Source: an uncultured delta proteobacterium
GTDB taxonomy: Bacteria; Desulfobacterota; Binatia; UBA9968
Reading direction: 5' to 3'
DNA: 64,000 bases
Assembly (NCBI GenBank): GCA_963804165.1
Contig: CAWDPO010000002.1
Coordinates: forward strand, 1 to 64,000
Part shown: piece after piece, positions 19,580 through 29,713 of the stretch
Numbering within the stretch: the stretch's first letter is position 1
Layout: each line of letters starts with the position of its first letter
Notes under the pieces: generated by a model
What the model saw: only the letters and a program-made list of their open reading frames with translations
Database searches by the model: none
Told to the model about the DNA's origin: nothing
Position numbers and translations under genes: made by a program

Positions 19580-20194
19580 CTAACGGCTGAACCCGGTCAT
19601 ATAAGGCAACTTCGCCGCGGTTTTCTTCACTTCATCGAGATTGGAGCGCAACAACGTGGTTGAGTCCCAGAAACCCTTCGTCAACGCCGTGCGATAAGTC
19701 TCCGGCAGCGCTATGGCGATTTTTTGACTGCCATAGGAAATTGCTTTGTTTTCCAGGTCGACCGTGTATTCCGTTCGCGGATTGTCCTCGACACTCTTCA
19801 TCAGCTGCTCGATTTCTTTGCCGCCGACGACCACGGTGGGCAAGCCCATCATCGTGCAATTGCCCGCAAAGATCGCCGCGAAAGATTCGCCGACAATCGC
19901 TTGAATACCGAAACGATAAAGCGCCTGCGGCGCGTGCTCGCGCGAGGAGCCGCAGCCGAAATTCTTATTGACAAAAAGAATCGAAGCGCCTTTGTATTCC
20001 GGATCGTTAAAGGGATGATCCTTCTTTTTCTTCGAGGCATCAAAGCGCTCGTCGAAGAACGGATAATCACCCATACGCGCAAAGGTCGCCTCTTTCAGAT
20101 AGCGTGCTGGAATGATCCTGTCGGTGTCGATATCATTGCCGCGAATCGGCACGGCCGTCCCACTGACTTTGGTGATCTTTACGATTTCACTCAT
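19580..20194 (-). CDS. leuD: 3-isopropylmalate dehydratase small subunit
   Basis: DIDTDRIIPARYL, NFGCGSSREHAPQAL. Confidence 0.96.
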   Translation of the reverse strand: MSEIVKITKVSGTAVPIRGNDIDTDRIIPARYLKEATFARMGDYPFFDERFDASKKKKDHPFNDPEYKGASILFVNKNFGCGSSREHAPQALYRFGIQAIVGESFAAIFAGNCTMMGLPTVVVGGKEIEQLMKSVEDNPRTEYTVDLENKAISYGSQKIAIALPETYRTALTKGFWDSTTLLRSNLDEVKKTAAKLPYMTGFSR

Positions 20195-20204
20195 GGGTCC
20201 TCGC

Positions 20205-21602
20205 CTATTCGTATTCGCGCGCGTCGACGACTTTGCCGTTCAACGCCGCCGCTGCAACCATTGCGGGGCTCATCAACAAAGTTCGCCCCTGCGGGCTGCC
20301 CTGCCGGCCGATAAAATTGCGGTTCGATGAAGACGCCGAGATCTCGCGGCCGTTGAGCTTGTCCGGATTCATCGCCAGGCACATCGAGCAACCGGCCTCG
20401 CGCCACTGGAAGCCGGCTTCAATAAATACTTCATGGAGCCTTTCTTGCTCCGCGAGTCTTTTCACCTCCGCCGAACCGGGTACCACCAGCGCTCGAACAT
20501 TAGCATTGACCTTCCGACCTTTGGCGATTTTCGCTGCCGCGCGCAGGTCCACAAGACGCCCGTTGGTGCAAGAGCCGATAAACGCCACATTAACCGGCGT
20601 ACCAAGGATCGGCGCGCCGGGTTTCCAACCCATGTGCTCGTAGGCTTTCTTCACTCCCTCCGGATCCACGGATTCTTCCGGTGTCGGAAGTTTTTCGGAA
20701 ATTCCGACTGACTGCCCCGGGTTGATGCCCCAGGTCACCGTCGGCTCGATGTCTTTGCCGTCATAATTTACGACATCGTCATAGTTGGCATCCGCGTCGG
20801 AAGCCACCGACTTCCAGTAATTGACCGCGCGATCGAAGCCGTCGCCTTTCGGCACATGCGGCCGCCCTTTGAGATAGTCGAAAGTCGTCTGGTCCGGATT
20901 GACGTAACCGACCAGCGCCCCACCCTCGATGCTCATGTTGCAGACCGTCATCCGCTCTTCCATATTCATGCGGTCGATCACCGGGCCGCCGTACTCATAG
21001 GCAAACCCTTTTCCGCCGCTGACGCCGAGATGGCGGATGATGTACAGAATCACATCCTTGGGATAAACCCCGGTGCCGAGCTCCCCCTTGATATTGATTC
21101 GGCGCACATTGAGCTTGTCCATCGCCAGCGTTTGCGTCGCCAACACGTCGCGCACCTGGCTGGTGCCGATGCCGAAGGCGAGAGTGCCGAAAGCGCCGTG
21201 GGTGCTCGTGTGGCTGTCGCCGCAGGCAAGCGTCATGCCCGGCTGAGTGAGGCCCAATTGCGGGCCGATAACATGGACGATACCTTGGTTCATGCTGTCA
21301 ATACCGAAAAATTCGACACCAAACTGATCGACGTTTCTCTCGAGCGCTTGAATGAGCTCTTCGGCTTCGTTGTCGAGAAACGGTCGCTTGCGAATATCCG
21401 TCGGCACGATGTGGTCCACGGTCGCAAAGGTGCGCTCGCGAAACGGCACGTCCATGCCCTTTTCGCGCAGCATGTCGAAAGCAGGCGCCGTGGTAATCTC
21501 GTGAATTAAATGAAGTCCGATGAAAAGCTGGGTCTGTCCCGTCGGCAAAACGCCGACGCTGTGAGATTGCCAAATCTTATCGTAAAGTGTTCGTCCCGCC
21601 AT
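20205..21602 (-). CDS. leuC: 3-isopropylmalate dehydratase large subunit
   Basis: [43 protein letters not shown]. Confidence 0.97.
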   Translation of the reverse strand: MAGRTLYDKIWQSHSVGVLPTGQTQLFIGLHLIHEITTAPAFDMLREKGMDVPFRERTFATVDHIVPTDIRKRPFLDNEAEELIQALERNVDQFGVEFFGIDSMNQGIVHVIGPQLGLTQPGMTLACGDSHTSTHGAFGTLAFGIGTSQVRDVLATQTLAMDKLNVRRINIKGELGTGVYPKDVILYIIRHLGVSGGKGFAYEYGGPVIDRMNMEERMTVCNMSIEGGALVGYVNPDQTTFDYLKGRPHVPKGDGFDRAVNYWKSVASDADANYDDVVNYDGKDIEPTVTWGINPGQSVGISEKLPTPEESVDPEGVKKAYEHMGWKPGAPILGTPVNVAFIGSCTNGRLVDLRAAAKIAKGRKVNANVRALVVPGSAEVKRLAEQERLHEVFIEAGFQWREAGCSMCLAMNPDKLNGREISASSSNRNFIGRQGSPQGRTLLMSPAMVAAAALNGKVVDAREYE

Positions 21603-21688
21603 TCAACACTCTCCTTCGCCGGGATAATATCGATCGCTACCCGTGACTTCAAGAGCATGGCCTGCGCTATTCTTAGGTTGTGCCGCTA

Positions 21689-21716
21689 TTGAAAACGATT
21701 TGAACGGCTTGAACGA
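21689..21716. repeat. short TTGAACG tandem repeat
   Basis: TTGAAAACGAT-TTGAACGGC-TTGAACGA in the intergenic space. Confidence 0.55.
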
Positions 21717-21728
21717 GCGCAAGCTCAG

Positions 21729-23111
21729 CTATGCGCTCTGTCCGTAAATCCACTTTCCCGGATTGCGCGCGTAGTCGTCGTAGGAGCCCGTCGCTGTGAT
21801 GCCGGGAATCTGCGGGATCCAATCTTCGCGCAAGAGATCGTCAGGATCGCCGTATTTCTCGGCGAGCTTACGAATCTCGGGATCGTCAAGTGCGGTGAGT
21901 CTGCCGTTACGAATGATCGTGTGTTCGTTGCCACTCTTGGTGGTGATCGTGAAGGTCGGAAATAAGAGATGAATGTGCAGGTGGCCGTAGAGGATGCCGT
22001 TCTCGCCCGCCCACTTCTCCTCGGCCGAGCGCCACAGCGTGCCGAAGCCCATGTGGATCACGCCCGAGCGGCGCCGCTCCCATTCAAAACCGCCGGACGA
22101 ATGCTTTTCGATACTACCGGGGCGCGCGATCTTGGGATTGGTGCCAATGGCCACTTCCCAAAGGTAGAACAACCCTGGACGTGGAAAGCAAGGGTATTGT
22201 GTGCGCTTGCTCTCTTCAAGCAAATCACGCCACGCGTCGCCATAGGCAGCGCCACCGATGACCTTGACGATCTGTCCACCTTCCAATTCGACTTTGACTT
22301 GCGGAAAAGCGCGCGAAAAATGACTCGTCGTTCCTGACACGACACCTGCGGCGTCTTCCTTGGCGATCATCGGCGGCACCGGATGGCCGAACAGATGGCC
22401 GTTGCGCGGCGTCGAGGAAAAACCGTACCGCGTGCCGTCGTAATATTCCTCCCAATATGTCCACGACAGGTCCGTACCCTCGGCGTCGGTCAACCTTGCA
22501 CGTCCGCCACGCCCGTATTCCCAGATCGGATACCAGGTTTTCTTGTTGATCAACAGATGAAGATCGAGCGGATACGTTGTCGAGCGCTGCAGAAAATGTT
22601 CCGCCCGCAGCCAGGGAATTTGTTCGTAACGAAATTCGGTCTTCGGGATCGGCCCGCCCTTGCCGTGGATGAGTAGACTGTACGCGCTCCGCAGCGCGAA
22701 GTCTTCTATATAAGGCATCCCTTCCCAGCGCCGCGGCTTGTTGTCCCAGGGCTCGCGCCGCATGATGACCTCAACCTCATCCGTGTAAGCGAAAACACGA
22801 TCCGGATCGCCCATGTCGGCGACGAGGATATCGACATGGGCGCCTTTCTCGCGCAGCGCGGCTGCCAAGGCATGCGGCACATCCAAATCGTACTCGCGGT
22901 CGATGGCGATAAGTATCTTGTCCCCTGCCACCGTCTTGTTATAGCCGACAAAGCCGATGTGACTGTCACGGTTCTCGCGTGAGTTGGCGAGCTGGCGGGC
23001 AAACGGCATCAACGCGGAGATATCCGCCGTTCGCAACCCGCGGTTGCGTAGCTGTATTTCACGCGAAACCGTATCGCTGATGCCGACGCCGTCGTCCGCT
23101 GTGTCACACAT
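21729..23111 (-). CDS. uncharacterised metalloenzyme, M29 aminopeptidase/NicX-like fold
   Basis: WEVAIGTNPK, RSGVIHMGFG, YGHLHIH; layout resembles thermophilic metalloprotease (M29)-like proteins. Confidence 0.6.
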   Translation of the reverse strand: MCDTADDGVGISDTVSREIQLRNRGLRTADISALMPFARQLANSRENRDSHIGFVGYNKTVAGDKILIAIDREYDLDVPHALAAALREKGAHVDILVADMGDPDRVFAYTDEVEVIMRREPWDNKPRRWEGMPYIEDFALRSAYSLLIHGKGGPIPKTEFRYEQIPWLRAEHFLQRSTTYPLDLHLLINKKTWYPIWEYGRGGRARLTDAEGTDLSWTYWEEYYDGTRYGFSSTPRNGHLFGHPVPPMIAKEDAAGVVSGTTSHFSRAFPQVKVELEGGQIVKVIGGAAYGDAWRDLLEESKRTQYPCFPRPGLFYLWEVAIGTNPKIARPGSIEKHSSGGFEWERRRSGVIHMGFGTLWRSAEEKWAGENGILYGHLHIHLLFPTFTITTKSGNEHTIIRNGRLTALDDPEIRKLAEKYGDPDDLLREDWIPQIPGITATGSYDDYARNPGKWIYGQSA

Positions 23112-23129
23112 GGAAAGGCTCCTCTGAAG

Positions 23130-23216
23130 ATTGGAGTGTTGGAGTATTGGAATACTGGAGTGCTGGGCAGACTCCGACGATCCGAGCCCATTACTCCATC
23201 ACTCCAATACTCCATT
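23130..23216. repeat. octamer-based imperfect palindrome (TTGGAGTR / ACTCCAAT units)
   Basis: TTGGAGTG-TTGGAGTA-TTGGAATA-CTGGAGTG-CTGGGC ... GCCCATT-ACTCCATC-ACTCCAAT-ACTCCATT. Confidence 0.8.
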
Positions 23217-23225
23217 ACCCCTTTC

Positions 23226-24137
23226 TTATAGACACTTCTGCTTCACCCACTCGACGATCTCACAGCGCTTCGCGAACCATAGATCGGGGAACGACTTGGC
23301 ATATTTAATACACTCGTCATAAACCTTGCCCGTCGCGGGAAATGCCATCTGGCAGTGCATCGCGAGAGTGAGCATCTTCGGCTCTTCGGCCGACTCTTCG
23401 TACAAAAGATCGAACTCGTCCTTGAACGAGTTGAACACATCGCGGGCGGTAATACCTCGGCGATACATGCCAGTATCGTTCAAACCGCTGACCGCGTTCT
23501 TGTACGGCACGATGATCATCGTCTTGCCATTAATGCTCACTGGATACGGATTATCATCGTTCACCGCATCGCCATGCCAGGCATAACCTTCGTCGGCCAG
23601 GATGCCGAGTGTGCGCTCCGTGTGACGCATGCCGGACGTCAACCATCCGGTCGGGCGAACGCCGGCAAATTCCTGAAACATCTTGGCGCAAGTACGAATC
23701 TCGTCGCGCTCCTCCGCTTCGGTCAAGTGAATCAGTTGCGTATCCTCGGCATAAGAATGGCCGACGATCTCGTGGCCGCGCTGGTGCACCGCTTTCACGG
23801 CGTCGGGATAACGATGGATGCACAATGCGTTGGTGTTAAACGATGCCTTCACCCCGTACTTGTCGAGAATGCGCAGGATGCGCCACACCCCCGTGCGTCC
23901 GCCGTAATCGTTTTCGCTCGCTGTACGGCAATCGTAGAGCGAGACGACATCGTCTTCCTTGATCGGATTGGAACCGCCGACATGATGCGTGCGCCGATGC
24001 TTGGGATTGGGAATCTCGGTCCAAGCTTCCAAATTACCCGCCAACGCAATCGCCATGCGCGCGCCGTGCGGCCACTTTATTTTGATCTTTTTCGCCTTCG
24101 AATAAACGTCGTAGAAATTATCGTGCTGAGGCATCAT
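23226..24137 (-). CDS. polysaccharide deacetylase family protein (PuuE/allantoinase-like)
   Basis: WPHGARMAI, DYGGRTGVWRILRIL, GHEIVGHSY, FKDEFDLLYEES...MLTLAMH. Confidence 0.88.
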   Translation of the reverse strand: MMPQHDNFYDVYSKAKKIKIKWPHGARMAIALAGNLEAWTEIPNPKHRRTHHVGGSNPIKEDDVVSLYDCRTASENDYGGRTGVWRILRILDKYGVKASFNTNALCIHRYPDAVKAVHQRGHEIVGHSYAEDTQLIHLTEAEERDEIRTCAKMFQEFAGVRPTGWLTSGMRHTERTLGILADEGYAWHGDAVNDDNPYPVSINGKTMIIVPYKNAVSGLNDTGMYRRGITARDVFNSFKDEFDLLYEESAEEPKMLTLAMHCQMAFPATGKVYDECIKYAKSFPDLWFAKRCEIVEWVKQKCL

Positions 24138-24327
24138 CGCTCGCTAAACCTCCTCTCGGAAATCGAGAAAATCTCACTTATCGCTTGGGTATATGGAAAT
24201 CGCAACTTACTGTCAAACATTGTCCTACTGAAAAGCCGCCAGGCAAAATCAGCTTTCGAGTTTCTTTACAGATTGCATTGATTCCGATAGAACGCGCAAA
24301 GATTGCGAACAATTGCGAAAGCCGCGT

Positions 24328-24657
24328 ATGAACAATGAGCCGTATCATCGGCAGACAAAGTTTTTGCTCGTTCTGATAACGCTCGCGGCGGCATATAGCA
24401 TTTGGTTTCAGCAGCGACAGACGTTGACGGGCTACCCTATGGTGGACGGCTCCATCAGCGTTTTCCTGGGTCTCTATATCTGTTCGCGGCCGGCGGGTAA
24501 TGCCATCGATCTATTTTTTTTTGAACGCAGTCCGTTTCATCGGGTGGTCACCGAATGGTCGAGCATTCGATGGCTCGTCTTGAATATATTGACTCTCCTG
24601 ATGGGATGGATCGTGATCTACCTTGGGACCGCGCACCTCACGAGTCACGCCAATTGA
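24328..24657 (+). CDS. hypothetical membrane protein
   Basis: About 110 aa with three hydrophobic segments (DGSISVFLGLYICSRPAGNAIDL). Confidence 0.65.
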   Translation: MNNEPYHRQTKFLLVLITLAAAYSIWFQQRQTLTGYPMVDGSISVFLGLYICSRPAGNAIDLFFFERSPFHRVVTEWSSIRWLVLNILTLLMGWIVIYLGTAHLTSHAN

Positions 24658-24736
24658 GCAAGATAAGCGCAATTGTTGCTCACCTACGTGAGAAAGTTAG
24701 AATCGCACTCGGCGCTATTTTTTAAGGCCGAATATA

Positions 24737-26194
24737 ATGAACAATGTCGATACCAAGACACCGGGCGTCGAGTTACATCGCCCCTCTCGACAGGGATTAA
24801 TCGGGATCATCGCTGGGTACGGTTTAATGATAGTGGGAGCCGCTGTCATTCTTTCTTTCGTCCACAATTACGGGGCGACTCTCGTTGCTCCGCCGCCCTT
24901 TACACCGAAGTCCCTTGCGGGCGCGACCGCGACCAAACCCGAGATCTTCATGCACGTCCTGATTGCCCTCACCGCCGTGATCGTCACCGGGCTGATCTTG
25001 GCAAAGTGCTTTTTATACCTGGGACAGCCTCCGGTGATCGGCGAGGTGGTGGCTGGCATCGTACTTGGACCGTCGTTCCTGGGACCGGAAATTTCCGCGC
25101 TCATCCTCCCGCCTAGCAGCGCGCCATTTCTCGGCGTCATCGCACAATTGGGCGTGCTCCTGTACATGTTCTGTGTCGGGCTCGAACTCCACGCCGGCCT
25201 AATCCGCCAGCGCTTGCGCGGCGCCATAGCGACCTCCCATGCGAGTATCTTGGTGCCATTTGTGCTTGGCGCGATATTGGCCCTTGATCTGTACCCGCGA
25301 CTCTCGACGAGCGACGTTTCCTTTACGAGCTTTGCTTTGTTCATGGGCGTAGCCATGTCAATTACAGCATTTCCCGTATTGGCGAGGATCCTGACCGACA
25401 GGCACATGATCCACACCGAGTTGGGTGTGATCGCATTGAGCTGCGCAGCCGCAGATGACGTGACGGCCTGGTGCCTTCTCGCCCTCGTTGTCGGAGTGGC
25501 GCAGGCGCAAGTCGGTGCAGGGCTTTTCGTCGCGGTCGCAACCCTCGGCTATATCCTCGCTATGGTCCTGATCGTCCGGCCGCTCCTCAAACGCGTGGTC
25601 GCGCGGACGAAAACTGAAGGGTTGTCGCGTAATGCGGTCGCAGTTGTCTTCATTGCGCTGCTGCTATCGTCGCTCACCACCGAATATATCGGCATCCATG
25701 CCATCTTCGGCGCGTTTCTCCTCGGTGCGGTGATCCCGCACGATAGTATCGTCGCCCGTACGTTCACGCGGCAATTGGAATCCGTCGTTACCGTTTTACT
25801 GCTTCCGGCCTTCTTTGCGTTTACGGGCATGCGCACGCGGATCGACCTGGTGTCAGGTATGGACCAGTGGTTGATCTGCAGCCTGATCGTCCTCGTCGCG
25901 ACGGTGGGTAAGTTCGGTGGTACGTTCGTAGCTGCGCGCTTGACCGGATTGGATTGGCGCAACGCCGCCGCGCTCGGCACGCTCATGAACACTCGCGGCC
26001 TGATGGAATTGATCGTTTTAAATATTGGCCTCGATCTCAAAGTTATCTCGCCAACCCTCTACGCCATGATGGTATTGATGGCATTGGTAACCACTATCGC
26101 AACCTCCCCGGTGCTCCGGCTCCTGACGCCGACTAGGGCCGCGGACGATGCGGTAGAGAGAGTCCCCGCTCCTGTCCAGACCGACGAGATTTAA
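24737..26194 (+). CDS. cation:proton antiporter (CPA2/Kef-type membrane domain)
   Basis: GQPPVIGEVVAGIVLGPS, SITAFPVLARIL, AADDVTAW, LMNTRGLMELIVLNIG. Confidence 0.92.
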   Translation: MNNVDTKTPGVELHRPSRQGLIGIIAGYGLMIVGAAVILSFVHNYGATLVAPPPFTPKSLAGATATKPEIFMHVLIALTAVIVTGLILAKCFLYLGQPPVIGEVVAGIVLGPSFLGPEISALILPPSSAPFLGVIAQLGVLLYMFCVGLELHAGLIRQRLRGAIATSHASILVPFVLGAILALDLYPRLSTSDVSFTSFALFMGVAMSITAFPVLARILTDRHMIHTELGVIALSCAAADDVTAWCLLALVVGVAQAQVGAGLFVAVATLGYILAMVLIVRPLLKRVVARTKTEGLSRNAVAVVFIALLLSSLTTEYIGIHAIFGAFLLGAVIPHDSIVARTFTRQLESVVTVLLLPAFFAFTGMRTRIDLVSGMDQWLICSLIVLVATVGKFGGTFVAARLTGLDWRNAAALGTLMNTRGLMELIVLNIGLDLKVISPTLYAMMVLMALVTTIATSPVLRLLTPTRAADDAVERVPAPVQTDEI

Positions 26195-26334
26195 GAAATT
26201 GTAAATGTCTTGGACCGACTCTCATTCGCCAACCGAGACGGGGCGATGATGGCAAACCTGTTCCGTGCGATTCGGCACTCTCAGCACTTTAGCGGTCTAA
26301 TTATTGGGCATGTTTTAGGCAGTCGGCTCATTAC

Positions 26335-26532
26335 TTAGGCACGGCCGATCACGACTTCGCGCCTCCCCTGGCGCAACTCAACCAGAAGTGACGGTTTTAT
26401 ATCGTCGTAATACTCTAAATTTCCGCGGCATAGTAGTTGCTCGATTTTCAGCGCCTGGGCATACTGTTCATTCAGGACAATCGCCGAGGGAGCCTCAAGT
26501 GGGAGTTCGAATATTCTGCCGGGCAATCGCAC
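26335..26532 (-). pseudogene. possible C-terminal gene remnant of unknown family
   Basis: Protein-like 65-codon frame (AIVLNEQYAQALKIEQLLCRGNLEYYDDIKPSLLVELRQGRR) with no good RBS. Confidence 0.25.
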
Positions 26533-26589
26533 ATCGGTGCGCCAGCGACCGGGCGACTCGAACTGAAATCACCGTGAAGGAACCTGACT

Positions 26590-29259
26590 ATGAACCAAGC
26601 GGAACATGTGCGCCTCGAGGTGGACTACGTCCTCACGTTGGAAGAAATTGCCAATCTCGCGGCCGAGGGGGGCAAGCCGGCCGAAACTCTGATGAACGTC
26701 GTGGCACTCATCGCCAAGCGGTTCGAAACCGACGTTTGTTCGGCTTACCTGCTGGAACCCGACCGGGCGAATCTCGTGCTGGCGGCCACCCTCGGACTCC
26801 GTCCTCAATGTATCGGCACCCTGCGCATGCCGATCCACGAAGGGCTCTCTGGCCTGGTGGCGGAAGAAGTGCGTCCGATCGCCGTGCAACAAGTCAAGAA
26901 TCATCCGCGCTTCAAATATTTCAAGGAGGCCGGCGAAGAGGCTTACCAATCGTTCCTCGGGGTGCCTCTCATCGATCGCGGCGTCTTGCAGGGAGTGCTG
27001 GTCGTCCAGACCATTGACGACCGGACCTATCGCGACGATGAGATCCGCATGATGACCGAGGCCGCGGCTCAGCTGGCGCCCGTGATCAGCGAGGCGCGCA
27101 CGCTCGCGCGCTTTATCGCCCCCGTCCAAGAACGGCTCTGGTCGATCGCCCGCAACCTCTGGTGGGCGTGGGATCAGGATTCCGTCAATTTGTTTCTCGA
27201 CCTCGACCCGGCGCGCTGGCGCCAGCTCAATCACAATCCGGTGGCGCTGCTGGGAGAAATGCCCTTGGCCGGCATCGAGCACCGCGCCCGGGAACTGGTG
27301 CTGCACGGCCGGATCAACTACACCTACCGCCGCCAGCAAGAATATCTCCAAGCGGATCGTACGTGGGGCGCGAAGCACGCCGGTATTTTGCGGCCGCGCC
27401 CGGTGGCTTATTTTTCCGCCGAGTTCGGCTTGCACGAATCGATTCCCGTTTATTCCGGCGGGCTCGGCGTCCTCGCCGGCGATCATATTAAAAGCGCGTC
27501 CGATCTGGATATTCCGCTGATCGGCATCGGCATATTTTACAGCCACGGCTATTTCCGCCAGCAGCTCGATCGCAACGGCTGGCAGCAGGAAGAGTATCTT
27601 CAAACCGACGTCAACGAGCAACCGATGGAGCCCGCCATCGGAACCAACGGCAAACCAATTACGGTCCAAATCGAGACCCGCGGCAGCTCGATCAAAGCCA
27701 AAGTCTGGCGCATGAAAGTCGGCCGCTGCGACCTGCTGCTTCTCGACTCGAACGTGGAAGGAAACACCCCGGAAGACCGCGAGCTCACCTCGAACTTGTA
27801 CGGCGGCGACGCGCGCACGCGCATCCGCCACGAACTGCTTCTTGGCGTCGGCGGCTTCCGTGCCTTGAAGGCGATGGGAATCACGCCCGGGGTTTTGCAC
27901 ATGAACGAGGGACACAGCGGCTTTGCAGTGTTGGAAGCGATTCGTAACCGCATGGAAGACGAAGGTCTGAGCTTCGATGAAGCCGTGCCGCGAGTTTCCC
28001 GGCAAGTGGTTTTCACGACTCATACACCGGTACCCGCGGGCCACGACCAGTTCAACGCCGACTTGATCGAGGAGCATCTCGGCATTCTCCGGGAGAAGCT
28101 GGGGCTGTCCCATGATCGACTGATGGCGCTCGGCCGGGAATATCCCGCCAATTTCTCCGAGGATTTTTGCATGACCGTGCTAGCCCTCAAGCTTTCGCGG
28201 CGCGCCAACGCCGTATCGGCGTTGCACGGCGAGGTGTCCCGGGCGATGTGGACGGGACTCTATCCGGGCAAGCCGGAAGACTCCGTTCCCATCGGCCACA
28301 TTACCAACGGGGTGCATGTCCCCACCTGGCTCGCGCCGCAAATGTTTCGCCTCTACGATCGACACCTGGGAAGCGGCTGGCATGAGCACGGCGCCGAAGC
28401 GAATATCTGGGAAGGCATCGAAGATGTCGATGACGGAGAGCTTTGGGAGACGCATCTCAGCTTGAAAGCGCGGCTGCTGGAATTTGTTCGCCGGCGCGCC
28501 GTCGAACAAGCGCAACGCCGCGATGAGTCAGCGGACAGTTTGCGCCGAATCGGCCGGGTGCTCAGTCCCGATGCGCTCACCGTCGGATTTGCCCGTCGCT
28601 TCGCGACTTACAAACGAGCGAATTTGTTTCTCAAGGATATCGAGATGCTCGCCTCGATGGTGAATGATCCCAAGCGCCCGGTGCAATTCGTCTTCGCCGG
28701 CAAGGCGCACCCCCACGATCAACCCGGCAAACAAGTGTTGCAGCAGATTGCCGAGCTGATGCGTAATCCACTTTTCGCCGAAAAGTTCGTCTTCGTCGAG
28801 GACTATGACATCAACGTCGGACGCCACTTCGTTCAAGGCGTCGACGTCTGGTTGAACAATCCCCGCCGGCCGTTGGAAGCATCGGGCACCAGCGGTATGA
28901 AAGTAGTTTTGAACGGCGGCTTAAATCTCTCCGTCCTCGACGGCTGGTGGGCAGAAGCCTACGACGGCTTCAATGGTTTCGCCATCGGCACGGGAAGAAC
29001 CCATTCAAACATGGACGTGCACGACACCCGCGACGGCGAGGACTTGTATAAAACGCTGCGCGAAGAAGTGATCCCGCTCTATTATCAGCGCGACCGCGAC
29101 GGCCTGCCGCGCGGCTGGATCAAGCACATGAAGCGAACCATCCGAACGCTCGGCTGGCGTTTCAACGCCGACCGCATGGTGATGGACTACACGCTCAAAT
29201 GCTACGTCCCCGCCGCCGGCGGCACGTCGAGCGACATGAGCCAGACACTGGGCGGCTGA
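26590..29259 (+). CDS. glgP: alpha-glucan (glycogen) phosphorylase with N-terminal GAF domain
   Basis: YSGGLGVLAGDH, HMNEGH, ARRFATYKRA, PLP site EASGTSGMK; the first ~170 aa are a GAF domain (DVCSAYLL, EGLSGLVAE, HPRFKYF, SFLGVPLI, GVLVVQ). Confidence 0.95.
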   Translation: MNQAEHVRLEVDYVLTLEEIANLAAEGGKPAETLMNVVALIAKRFETDVCSAYLLEPDRANLVLAATLGLRPQCIGTLRMPIHEGLSGLVAEEVRPIAVQQVKNHPRFKYFKEAGEEAYQSFLGVPLIDRGVLQGVLVVQTIDDRTYRDDEIRMMTEAAAQLAPVISEARTLARFIAPVQERLWSIARNLWWAWDQDSVNLFLDLDPARWRQLNHNPVALLGEMPLAGIEHRARELVLHGRINYTYRRQQEYLQADRTWGAKHAGILRPRPVAYFSAEFGLHESIPVYSGGLGVLAGDHIKSASDLDIPLIGIGIFYSHGYFRQQLDRNGWQQEEYLQTDVNEQPMEPAIGTNGKPITVQIETRGSSIKAKVWRMKVGRCDLLLLDSNVEGNTPEDRELTSNLYGGDARTRIRHELLLGVGGFRALKAMGITPGVLHMNEGHSGFAVLEAIRNRMEDEGLSFDEAVPRVSRQVVFTTHTPVPAGHDQFNADLIEEHLGILREKLGLSHDRLMALGREYPANFSEDFCMTVLALKLSRRANAVSALHGEVSRAMWTGLYPGKPEDSVPIGHITNGVHVPTWLAPQMFRLYDRHLGSGWHEHGAEANIWEGIEDVDDGELWETHLSLKARLLEFVRRRAVEQAQRRDESADSLRRIGRVLSPDALTVGFARRFATYKRANLFLKDIEMLASMVNDPKRPVQFVFAGKAHPHDQPGKQVLQQIAELMRNPLFAEKFVFVEDYDINVGRHFVQGVDVWLNNPRRPLEASGTSGMKVVLNGGLNLSVLDGWWAEAYDGFNGFAIGTGRTHSNMDVHDTRDGEDLYKTLREEVIPLYYQRDRDGLPRGWIKHMKRTIRTLGWRFNADRMVMDYTLKCYVPAAGGTSSDMSQTLGG
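29112..29206 (+). repeat. direct repeat copy 1 (near glgP 3' end)
   Basis: 95 bp with 7 mismatches to 31094-31188. Confidence 0.9.
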
Positions 29260-29393
29260 GATCTGACTAGGCAAAACAACCTCCGCGCGGCACTGCGTTC
29301 TGTTACAATCATCAGCAAGCCCAACCTTAAGCTAATATGGTTCGGTGTAAATGATCCCGCACTACCCGAACGGCAAGATTTGGGAGGTAACAA

Positions 29394-29713
29394 ATGAAAG
29401 TTGGAGACTTGCTCAAGCAGACGCCGCTCTTCAAAAACCTGAGTGAAGGTGAAATCGAAACATTAGCCCAATCCACGCGTATACAGACTTACAAGACTGG
29501 CCGCTACTTTGGGAGCCGGCGAATTCTTCGGTGAGATTGCCACCATGAAACATTTGCCTCGATCGGAGAGCGTGCGGGCTCTACAAGATACGGAATGCCT
29601 GGTTATCTGGCGAGTGGACTTTGATTCTTATAAGGCGATTTCCTGATGTCGCCGCCAACGTGGAATCGGCGCTCTCCGCCCGTTTCGACGACGGACAAGA
29701 TCCCGAGGATTAA
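29394..29713 (+). pseudogene. cyclic nucleotide-binding domain protein with internal deletion
   Basis: GGAGG RBS, MKVGDLLKQTPLFKNLSEGEIETLAQ...YKTG jumps straight to TLGAGEFFGEIA...PRSESVRALQDTECL; the central beta strands are missing. Confidence 0.75.

Noticed and set aside
23009-23322. Small ORFs starting MEYWSDGV / MECWSIG (also 11372 and 11429 starts)
   Set aside because: They are translations of the octamer repeat elements.
26251-26330. c-di-GMP-I riboswitch (GGCAAACC ... GGTCTAA)
   Set aside because: Lacks the GNRA tetraloop stem and the GACGCAAA junction.
26569-28113. 514-aa antisense ORF to glgP and similar long shadow ORFs (e.g. 23355-24281, 41200-42309, 48009-48965)
   Set aside because: Antisense shadows of GC-rich, codon-biased genes with no recognisable domains.
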